Origin: Mobula hypostoma
Taxonomy: Eukaryota
Assembly: GCF_963921235.1 (NCBI RefSeq)
Contig: NC_086110.1
Span: forward strand, 9,362,001 to 9,426,000
Length of the DNA: 64,000 nt
Reading direction: 5' to 3'
The translations under genes were made by a program, and so were the position numbers. Shown here piece by piece: positions 36,401-45,767 of this stretch (positions are counted from its first letter, which is position 1; each line of letters begins with the position of its first letter). The notes below the pieces were generated by a model that was not told where the DNA came from, searched no databases, and was given only the letters and a program-made list of their open reading frames with translations.

Positions 36401-37366
36401 TATATACAAACGTAATTGCCAGGCCTACCAAATCTGCAATCTGTAATCTCAATCTGTCTGGGATGCTTCATTTAACTGGCTTGGACCAGTCAGAGTTGAA
36501 AGACTCAAATACACAAGGCTGGGGTGGGCAGTAACTTAAAACGTTGTAGGTTGTAGCCCTGTACATTGACCAGTAGGAAGGTGACCCAGGTAGGTCAGGT
36601 GATCTTGAGTCAATGGGTTGGAGATTCACCAGTTCAATTGATGAGAAACACTACAAGAGTCAGGAGCTCCAAATAACTCTCCAGCGACCAGAGACCAACC
36701 ATCACGGATAATGAGGACCGCACGGGCATGTAGAGGTTAGGACCACGAGGAACGCCTGGCCAGTGTAGACTCTTTTCCCAGGTAATACCTTTTTCACTTC
36801 ACTGACTGTTCATGGAGGGTCATGGATTCTAGTTGGGTGCACACAGGTAGAAGGTTTGTGAACCCACCTGCTGTTTAGTCAAAGTTACTTGTCAGTAAAT
36901 ACAGATTTTCTGTGCCTCACTGATCATTGTTATAAGGGTGATTCTTGTAACAAGATGGATTGGAAGTGTTGTGGCTGTGAACTGCTCTGATAGCTGTTGT
37001 CTCTGCAAATTTTGCAGCATTTTTGCCCTGCTATTATGATGAACTGAGATCGAGGCTTGGGCCTACTCCAGCTGCTTTGGGGAGCAGATCTAAGGATTCA
37101 ATCTGATTCAAATGCTGTAGTTTGCTCCAATTGTTTGCATGGTGTGTGTTTGTGTGTTTTTTTTTCTTCCGTCTTTCTCAGCACAGTGGTTATAGTCTAT
37201 CTTTTTTTAAATTGGGTTCTTTGGGTTTCTTGCTTTGTCTGCCTGTAAGCAAACAAATGTCAAGGTGCAAACACAGGGAATTCTGCAGATGCTGGAAATT
37301 CAAGCAACACACATCAAAGTTGCCGGTGAACGCAGCAGGCCAGGCAGCATCTCTAGGAAGAGGTAC

Positions 37367-37402
37367 AGTTGACGTTTCGGGCCGAGACTCTTCGTCAGGA
37401 CT
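37367..37402 (-). ncRNA. Minimal hammerhead ribozyme motif, variant
   Basis: AGTC-CTGACGA-A-GAG TCTCGG CCC-GAAA-CGTC-AACT; mismatches in helix I and II. Confidence 0.5.
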
Positions 37403-38206
37403 AACTGAAGGAAGAGCTAGTAAGATATTTGAAAGTGGGAGGGGGAGGGGGAGATCCAAAATGATAGGAGAAGACAGGAGGGGGAGGGATGGAGCCAAGA
37501 GCTGGACAGGTGATTGGCAAAAGGGATACGAGAGGATCATGGGACAGGAGGCCCAGGGAGAAAGAAGAGGGGGAGGGGGGGAAACCCAGAGGATGGGCAA
37601 GGGGTATAATCAGAGGGACAGAGGGAGAAAAAGAAGAGAGAGAGAAAGAATGAGTGTATATAAATAAATAACCGAGGGGGTGGTGGGGCATTAGCGGAAG
37701 TTAGAGAAGTCAATGTTCATGCCAATGTTCAGGCTACCCAGACGGAATATAAGGTGTTGTTCCTCCAACCTGAGTGTGGCGTCTTACAGTAGAGGAGGCC
37801 TACTGTAAAGTTGAAACCACACTCAGGTTGGAGGAACAACACCTTGTGTTCCGTCTGGGTAGCCTCCAACCTGATGACATGAACATTGACTTCTCTAACT
37901 TCTGCTAATGCCCCACCACCTCCTCGTACCTCATCCGTTATGTATTTATATACACACATTCTTTCTCTCTCTCTCTCTCTCTCCTTTTTCTCCCTCTGTC
38001 CCTCTGACTATACCCCTTGCCCATCCTCTGGGTTTCTCCCCCCCCCCTTTCCTTCTCCCTGGGCCTCCTGTCCCATGATCCTCTCATATCCCTTTTGCCA
38101 ATCACTTGTCAAGCTCTTGGCTCCATCCCTCCCCCTCCTGTCTTCTCCTTTGGATCTCCCCCTCCCCCTCCCACTTTCAAATCTCTTACTAACTCTTCCT
38201 TCAGTT

Positions 38207-38242
38207 AGTCCTGATGAAGGGTCACGGCCCGAAACATCGACT
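38207..38242 (+). ncRNA. Minimal hammerhead ribozyme motif, helix III variant
   Basis: AGTC-CTGATGA-A-GGG TCACGG CCC-GAAA-CATC-GACT. Confidence 0.5.
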
Positions 38243-38250
38243 GTACCTCT

Positions 38251-39082
38251 TGTGACGAATACACATAGATAAGATGTTAGCTGTCCTGTGTGATCAGCAG
38301 TTGGTCTGCCACCTGTCTTCAAGAGAGAGATAAGGGACACAATGAAACAGCACTTGGAGATGTGTAGAGAGCTGTCTGGAGCGGCTCCCCCTTTGAACCC
38401 TGAACTGTTTGAAGTGATGGACAGGCGATACCCCAGCAGGGGGATAAAAAGGGACAGGTTCGCTAAGGCAGGACACACATGCCACCCGAGGTAACGAGAC
38501 CCTGGAAGCGGTACGCCTCTCACGAGTTGGTGGGAAGTATCAGACAACGGCCAGGGTGGAAAGGTACGATCAGCGGGAACCTGGTGTGTGTCCGCCCTTG
38601 CCTGGGTGCCGGGTTCACTGCAGACGATCGACCGCATCTGGAGGAGGGGTCACAGTCGGTGACCTCAGGTGACATCACCAAGGACCTGCCCAAAAGCTGC
38701 TTGTGAGCCATATCGCCGGTCTGTGAGTGAAGCCGTGTCTGAATGATCAGTTGTTCCTGTTCTCTCTCTCTCTCTCTCTCCCCCCACGTTGTCCATCGCC
38801 ATGGCAACGATTACTGCGAACTGAACTACTAAACTGGACTGAACTTTGAGTCACTTTGAAATTTGGTCATTTACCCCTAGACAACGATAGAGCTTGATTG
38901 ATGCTGTTATCTTAATTCTGTGCACATGCGTGTTTATCATCGCTGAACTGTTGCATTTATTATCCTTTTGATTACTGTGTTGCTTGCTTCTTTAATAAAA
39001 CTTTCTTAGTTCTAGTACTCCAGACTCCAACTGAGTGATCCATTTCTGCTGGTTTGGCAACCCAGTTACGGGGTACGTAACA
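38251..39082 (+). repeat. 5' LTR of the Gmr1-like element
   Basis: TGTGACG...GTAACA; direct repeat of 42185-43018. Confidence 0.95.
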
Positions 39083-39086
39083 TAAG

Positions 39087-39104
39087 TGGGGGCTCGTCCG
39101 GGAT
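39087..39104 (+). promoter_or_regulatory. Primer-binding site complementary to tRNA-Pro
   Basis: TGGGGGCTCGTCCGGGAT, identical to the canonical 18-nt Pro PBS, 4 nt after the LTR. Confidence 0.92.
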
Positions 39105-39180
39105 TTTGAACGCTAAATTTGGGACGCAGTAAATTGATTGGGTTAAAATTCCCGAAAGAAAGAAAAGACAAACAGCAGAA

Positions 39181-40266
39181 ATGGAGGCTGAGGAATTTAT
39201 AAAGGCGCCGACCTTGGAGGCATTAGAGGATGCCAGGAAATCGGAATTGATAGCTGTGGCCAAACGGTTGAATCTTGCTAAGGTGAAGTCGACAATGAGG
39301 AGAGAGGAGATACACAGAGCTATTGTAGAGCACTATGTATCTAAAAGTGTGTTTCCCCAAGGTGAGCTGGGGTTGGTGTCTATTGAAAAACCTGCTGGAG
39401 ACGCGGTACAGGTGCAGCTTGAAAAACTGAGACTCGAGCACGAGTTCCGGGTACGGCAGTTGGAGCGAGAAGAGAAGCAGTTAGAAAGGCGGGAGAAAGA
39501 GAAAGAGAGAGAAAGACAGTTGGAGAGAGAAGAGAAAGAGAGGGACAGGCAGTTGGAGAGAACGGAAAAACAGAGGGAAAGGGAATTTGAGCTGGAGAAG
39601 TTAAAGATAAGGGCCGAGCAGGGGCTCGTGCCGAACCAAGGTGGAGGGTTCCGGGCGACCCAGGAGGTTAGGCTGGTTCCCCCATTTGACGATACCGACG
39701 TGGATCGGTACTTTCTCCACTTCGAAAAAGTGGATATAAGTCAGGACTGGCCGAGGGATAAGTGGGCTGTGTTACTTCAGAGTGTACTGAAAGGGAAAGC
39801 CCAACAAGCTTACTCAGCTTTGTCCGCGGAAGATGCCCAGAGGTATGAGGTGGTGAAAGAGGTCATCCTCAGGATTTATGAGTTGGTCCCGGAGGCATAC
39901 CGGCAGAGGTTCCGGAATGCGAGGAAACAGTGGGACCGCAGGTATTTGGAGTTTGCCCGTGAGATGCAGACATATTGTGAGCGTTGGTGCGCCTTGAAGG
40001 GGGTAGAGGGGGATTATGACAGACTGCTACAACTGATCCTGATTGAGCAGTTTAAAGGTTGTGTCCCTGAGGGTATGAGACCCTACCTCGATGAGAAAGA
40101 GGCAACCACGTTAGCCGCAACTGCTAAGTTAGCGGATGAGTATGCGTTGACGCATAAAATGAAGTTTGCCCCGAGTAAAGGCTACCAAAAGGGTCATCAG
40201 GACGGCGGGGAGAGCCGCCGGAAAAGTCAGAAAGTAAGCCGGGGACTAGTGAAAAGGATAAGGTAG
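39181..40266 (+). CDS. Gmr1-like Gag (SCAN-like capsid); zinc knuckle lies in a shifted frame
   Basis: 361-aa ORF with E/R-rich coiled coil and RLVPPF..WPRDKWAVLLQSVLKGKAQQAY..PEAYRQRFR; CYNCGKVGHFASRC at about 40305-40345 out of frame. Confidence 0.75.
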   Translation: MEAEEFIKAPTLEALEDARKSELIAVAKRLNLAKVKSTMRREEIHRAIVEHYVSKSVFPQGELGLVSIEKPAGDAVQVQLEKLRLEHEFRVRQLEREEKQLERREKEKERERQLEREEKERDRQLERTEKQREREFELEKLKIRAEQGLVPNQGGGFRATQEVRLVPPFDDTDVDRYFLHFEKVDISQDWPRDKWAVLLQSVLKGKAQQAYSALSAEDAQRYEVVKEVILRIYELVPEAYRQRFRNARKQWDRRYLEFAREMQTYCERWCALKGVEGDYDRLLQLILIEQFKGCVPEGMRPYLDEKEATTLAATAKLADEYALTHKMKFAPSKGYQKGHQDGGESRRKSQKVSRGLVKRIR

Positions 40267-40314
40267 ACCGGGAGCAGTCTGGGAGGAAGTCCCCTGGGGT
40301 CGTCTGTTATAATT

Positions 40315-42015
40315 GTGGGAAAGTCGGACACTTTGCGTCCAGGTGCTTTGCCCCAAGGAAAGGAAAGACGGGGGTTCCGACTGGCTGTATTGAGCCGGCA
40401 AACCCACCCCCAAGGGGGAGGAGGTCTGATAAAGTTCAGGAAGGGCGCGAGGTTTATCTCGGCCGGATTGGTGTCAGTGAAGGAGGGGTTAAAACCAGTT
40501 CCAGTGCGGATCTGGAGAGACACGGGAGTGTGTCAGTCACTAATACTGAAGAGTGTATTAGAGTTTAGCTCAGAGACCCAGACTGGGGAGGTAGAGGTCA
40601 AAGGCGGTGGGGAAGGGACAGAGTCAGTCCCTTTGCACCAGATACACTTACAAAGCAACCTGGTCTCTGGACTAGTCACGATCGGGGTGAGGTCCGAATT
40701 ACCGATGAAAGGCGTGGAAGTCTTGCTCGGTAATGACATCGCCGGAGGAATCGTGTTCCCAGTCGTGAGATTGACAGGTCAGCCTGCCAGCATTGAGGCC
40801 CCGCCCATGGACTCACGGGTTCATCACGGGCCCGCGATAGTGAATTTAGCTGAAACGTTTCTGCCAACCTTGTATGAGACGGGGTGTAGTGAGACAAGAG
40901 GTAGTGAGGGAGCTGGGACGGACGTAGCAGTAGCCAGGAAAGAATTTGTGCAGACGCAGGAGCGAGACGAGGGTCTGACGGTTTTGGCAGAGACAGCTCT
41001 CTCTGACACAGCTTTAACAAGGGAACTAGTAGGCTATTGTGTGGAGGAGGAAGTGCTAAGGAAAAAAGGGAAATCAAGTACAGTACCCGCAGATGAGGAA
41101 TGGGGGTTGGTGCAAAAGAGTTATGGGGATGAGGTTTTTAACATGGCCCGCGAGGTACCCCCCGGTGGACATGTTGCGGTGCTGGAGGAAACAGTTGGTG
41201 GAATCATGAAAGAGATTTACCGACTGCCCAGGGGGAAGAATGTTATTGATCATGACCGACTATCAAACCTAGTCGGTGTTAGCGTGGAAATCAATGAAGC
41301 TAGGGGCCCCCTGATAAGAGGAAAAAACCATTTTGAAAAAATTAGTATGGGATCGATCAGATGGGAGAAGGCTATTGTTTTGGCCAGGTCTACTGATAAG
41401 GTCTCTCCCTTAATCCCCAAACAAAGCGAATCTTTAGAAGAAGTAATTAAACGACTCGCACCCGTGTGTTTGATTGTCCCGAGGCAATGCAAAGAACTGG
41501 GACGTTGGGTGATGTCTGTTACAATAGGGTAACCTAGTAAACAACACTCATATATAATGAGTAATTCAGTGACTAAAGGGCTGATGAACACAGAGGTGTG
41601 TATTGGCAATTTAATACGGCTGTCTGAAGCCAGCTTGATAGTGAACCTTGAAAAAAATGAATTCGGCCACACGAAGGTCACTTACCTGGGAATTGTGGTG
41701 ACACAGGGGCAGCTGGCAGCGATGCAAGCTACAGTGCAGGCTATCGCTGACCTCCCAACCCCGACAGACAAGAGGGCCCTCAGAAGGCTCTTGGAGATGG
41801 TGGGGTACTGCAGGAAGTTTTGCAATAACTCTGCGGTCAATACCCGTCCCCCTCCTACTAAGCCCTTGCGAGAGAAAACTGAGTCAGAATGGGACGACCC
41901 TTGTTATTGTGGTCCGGGACAAAACCAAATGAGAGGTTACATTGGTCGCAATTCATCAGTGTTTTTGGCCACTATGAAGTTTGCTGAGTTGGAGCCTGGT
42001 CTAAGGGATTATTAA
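40315..42015 (+). pseudogene. Degenerate pol (protease DTG, integrase Zn-finger remnant, RT thumb remnant)
   Basis: RIWRDTGVCQS; LVQKSYGDEVFNMAREVPPGGH; expected YxDD position reads CIGN; LGIVV..AIADLPTPTDKRALRRLLEMVGYCRKFC; no integrase DDE core or RNase H seen. Confidence 0.7.
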
Positions 42016-42184
42016 TAACACGTGTAAAAGGAACAGAAAATGCGATGACTGTCTGTCAAGGTGTTGACAAGTTCAAACTGTGTTAGCCAAATAGCTGATA
42101 AAGATGTATATTTGTGCGTGTATCAAATCATGTATTCATGTTTGTAATTTTTACCTCCCGGTAGAAATCCTTAAAGGGGGGAAG

Positions 42185-43018
42185 TGTGACGAATACACAT
42201 AGATAAGATGTTAGCTGTCCTGTGTGATCAGCAGTTGGTCTGCCACCTGTCTTCAAGAGAGAGATAAGGGACACAATGAAACAGCACCTGGAGATGTGTA
42301 GAGAGCTGTCTGGAGCGGCTCCCCCTTTGAACCCTGAACTGTTTGAAGTGATGGACAGCCGATACCCCAGCAGGGGGATAAAAAGGGACAGATTCGCTAA
42401 GGCAGGACACACACGCCACCCAAGGTAACGAGACCCTGGAAGCGGTACGCCTCTCACGGGTCGGTGGGAAGTACCAGACAACGGCCAGGGTGGAAAGGTA
42501 CGATCAGCGGGAACCCGGTGTGTGTCCGCCCTTGCCTGGGTGCCGGGTTCACTGCAGACGATCGACCGCATCTGGAGGAGGGGTCACAGTCGGTGACCTC
42601 AGGTGACATCACCAAGGACCTGCCCAAAAGCTGCTTGTGAGCCATATCGCCGGTCTGTGAGTGAAGCCGTGTCTGAATGATCAGTTGTTCCTGTTCTCTC
42701 TCTCTCTCTCTCTCTCCCCCCACGTTGTCCATCACCATGGCAACGATTACTGCGAACTGAACTACTAAACTGGACTGAACTTTGAGTCACTTTGAAATTT
42801 GGTCATTTACCCCTAGACAACGATAGAGCTTGATTGATGCTGTTATCTTAATTCTGTGCACATGCGTGTTTATCATCGCTGAACTGTTGCATTTATTATC
42901 CTTTCGATTACTGTGTTGCTTGCTTCTTTAATAAAACTTTCTTCATTCTAGTACTCCAGACTCCAACTGAGTGATCCATTTCTGCTGGTTTGGCAACCCA
43001 GTTACGGGGTACGTAACA
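42185..43018 (+). repeat. 3' LTR of the Gmr1-like element
   Basis: Direct repeat of 38251-39082, preceded by the PPT. Confidence 0.95.
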
Positions 43019-43191
43019 CTCTTTCTACAGATGCTGCCTGGCCTGCTGTGTTCACCAGCAACTTTCTTTGATAATACATGTACTTTAAATCTTTGAAAGT
43101 TGGTCATAATGCCAATGTTCTTACATTGTCTGGCCTCTGAGCATTGAGAATAAGTTCTATTGTTGTTCTGAATTGAGTCAGAATATGTAAA

Positions 43192-43760
43192 TAAGACCAT
43201 AAGGTATGGGTGCAGAATTACGCCATTTGACCCATTGAGTCTGCTCCACTATTTCATCATGGCTGATGCAATTTCCCTCTCAGCATTGATCTGATGCACT
43301 TTCCCCATATCCCTCATGCCCTGACTAATCAAGAATCTATCAAACTCTGCCTGAAATGTACCCAGTGACTTAGCCTCCTTGGCTGCCTGTGGCAACAAAT
43401 CCACAGATTCACAGCTTTCTGGCTGAAGAAACTCCTCCTTATCTTTGTTCTAAAAGGATACCCCTCTATTCTGAGGCTATGTCCTCTGGTCCTTAGACTC
43501 TTCTACCCCCACCCCCTACCACCAGTAGGAAACATCCTCTCAACATCCACTCTATCTAGGCTTTTCAATGTTTTCAATGAGGTGTCCTCACAGTCTTCTG
43601 AATTCTTGCGAGTAGGGGCCCAGAGCCATCAAACACTCCTCACACAACAAGCTTTTCAATCCCAGAATCATTTTTGTGAACTTTCTTTGAATGATCTGCA
43701 ATGTTAGCATATGCTTTCTTAGAGAAGGGCCCAAAACTGCTCACAATACCCCAAAGTGAG
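43192..43760 (-). mobile_element. Old CR1 3' end fragment
   Basis: ATAAGACCATAAG tail and decayed C-terminal ORF2 sequence resembling 14335-14706. Confidence 0.75.
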
Positions 43761-45141
43761 ATTTTAAAAGTTTTTGATAATTTTTGAAGAGGTGTTTAAG
43801 TGATACAAGTGAAGGAAGGAGGTGAAAGAGTCATTTCAGGAACATTAAAAGCTTTAGTCTTTTTATTTCATATTTTAAATGATAGTAGAGATTTGCTGGG
43901 GTAGTGTGGCTTAAAGGCCTGGAGAGACTGTATCACTAAATGCAAGTATCCAAAGATCAGTAGAGAGGACAATGTGTTTTAATTTACTGTGTTTGACTGC
44001 AATCCCACACTCCTTTATTTTGTGATTTATTTATATTAATTAAATTTTGAAGCAATGAGAGCCAGAGTTTCACAATGGTTATTGTGCAATTCTGGTTAAT
44101 GTTGTGAAATATGAGAATTTCAAATTCCCTATACAAGATACACACCAATTCAAGACAAATAGCAACTTGTATTTTAATTGCATGATGTGAAAAAGTTTGA
44201 AGCAATTACTACTTCAAACTTTTTCATAACATGCAATTAAAATATAAGTTGCTATTTAATTTACTATAATTTCATTGCTACAGTAATGAAGATAGTTAAT
44301 CCTCGGGTGAACATGTCGTTTTAGGCATTCAGTTGGATCTTGCAGGAAAGTTGATTGGTGGAAGAGGTACAGGGCTGGAGAAGCCCTCCCTGCACCTTTT
44401 AAATCTACTCCTCATCTCTTCAAAGGGTCTTGGCCCGAATCATTGACTGTATTTTTCTATAGATGCTTCTCGACCTGCTGAATTCCTCCAGCCTTTTGTG
44501 TTCCCTTCTCCAGCCCTGTATCTCTTTCACCGATCAACTTCCCAACTCTTCACTTCATCAATCAACTTCCCAATTCTTCACTTCATCCCTCCCCCTCCCA
44601 CCACTGCCTCTCGATTATTTCTCTTCACTCTTCGTTGCGAAATACGTTTGCTTAAACTTGCAAATCAGATAATTTTCACCCGGTGAAGCTCGCGGAAATT
44701 ATGTACAAACGCTGCACGCTATCCGGTTTACCGAGGATGTTTAAAGCCCCTCGGTGTAAGTGTGTGCTTTATCTGCACAGGCACGGGAGCCTGCTCATCA
44801 CTGAGCTGAAGAACAGAAAGCTGCGGACTGACAGAATTCACTGCCTCCACCCGGACAGCCCTGTTCTTATTACCTCGTCGCACACATCTCAATTTTTTTT
44901 AAATTTCTTTGAAATGGGCCGGATCAGCATTTCAAACATTTGCAGCTTTCAACTGACGCTTGTGGGTATTGAAACCGCAAGGCTCCAAGGTTGACATTTG
45001 GTTTCGGTTGTACATTGCATTAACACGCCACTAAAAATAATACTCCGTTTCTCCACCGATATCCCCCACCCCCAACAAGCATATACACGCGAAAAACAGC
45101 GCACGGTCCGTTGTCTCACCGGTCCTCAATTGCGAAAGTCT

Positions 45142-45205
45142 ATGTTCAGCATGTTTGGAAGAAACGAATTTAACCCCTTCTTCATCTTGGCCGTTGTTTG
45201 CACAG
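45142..45205 (+). CDS. IgSF receptor exon 1: leader peptide (phase 1)
   Basis: MFSMFGRNEFNPFFILAVVCT then ACAG|GTATT donor; joins the V exon in frame. An alternative ATG lies at 45151. Confidence 0.7.
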
Positions 45206-45455
45206 GTATTCTTTAAAAATTCTTTGCAGAAGAAAGTTGCGAATTACCATTTATGTAATTGATTAAGTAGTTAATTATTTAATTAAATCTCCTTTTACGA
45301 TTGAATTCATAGTGGTTCGTTCTCTGGAGGGTATCCGTTCCTCTGGTGTCTGTAATTTGCCAGTTTCAGGGAATTGTTAGGATCACCTGAGCGACTGGAA
45401 TGGTTGCTGTTGTCTCGAATTTACATTCATCTTTTGTTTCCATTTACCCTTACAG

Positions 45456-45767
45456 CGTTCATCGAGGCTCCTGAAGTGTTTCAATATCCGGAAAAAATCG
45501 AAACGTTGGTGGGACAGGATGCGAAATTTCAGTGCGCGTTCCCACTATTTCAAGATAAATCTAAAATCAGGGTCTACTGGTGGAAAGATAGAGAACGGGA
45601 ATTCTTCAAAGAGGGACAAGATCGCAGGAAACGTTTTGTTGTGGAAACTAAAGCGAACGTGTTGTTTCAGCTTGGGAACGTGAGGCGCAGTGATGCCGGG
45701 TTCTATTACTGCAGAGTGGAGGGTGAATTCACTGGAAATGGAACAGGCACAAAGCTCATTGTATGGG
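45456..45767 (+). CDS. IgSF receptor exon 2: germline-joined VJ-type V domain
   Basis: TTTACCCTTACAG acceptor, G|GTGAGC donor; canonical Cys (FQCAF), Trp (VYWWK), DAGFYYC and J-like GTGTKLIV in a single exon. Confidence 0.92.

Larger units (their letters stand above)
34005..36952 (+). mobile_element. 3' half of a decayed env-bearing LTR retroelement: integrase C-terminus, collapsed env, probable PPT and 3' LTR
   Basis: LMIIRNT...TGYIPYKLMTGR and PRLAGPYEII...YKV...WYHINQL (34005-34445); splice acceptor 34798, signal-like ORF start 34811, helical region then WNWG..HPWVRI + TM ending 35371; purine tract 36064-36077; ...TGTAACA at 36952. Confidence 0.65.
38251..43018 (+). mobile_element. Gmr1-like Gypsy LTR retrotransposon, internally deleted non-autonomous derivative
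   Basis: 832/834-bp LTRs (about 13 substitutions by eye), TSD CTCT (38247-38250, 43019-43022), tRNA-Pro PBS, PPT 42173-42184, SCAN-like Gag; protease, then integrase remnant, then RT remnant. Confidence 0.88.
37272..43065. mobile_element. Inverted Penelope pair (minus 37272-~37800, plus ~37800-38250 plus 43019-43065), split by the LTR element
   Basis: About 500-bp inverted arms of GIY-YIG C-terminus and pLTR; pLTR sequence resumes after the LTR element. Confidence 0.85.

Noticed and set aside
37122-42790. ORFs such as 37122-37667, 38008-38637 and 42128-42571
   Set aside because: Shadow frames in pLTR and LTR sequence; they recur wherever the repeat recurs and show no domain motifs.
44410-44500. 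Further hammerheads at about 44420 and about 53790
   Set aside because: Recognisable pLTR relics, but the CUGANGA or GAAA core is destroyed.
45456-45767. Assigning the symbol NCR3 (NKp30), SIRP or NCR3LG1 (B7H6)
   Set aside because: Only motif-level resemblance. NKp30 lacks C1 and has a TM Arg, classical SIRPs have two C1 domains, and B7H6 V lacks this J motif. Needs phylogeny.
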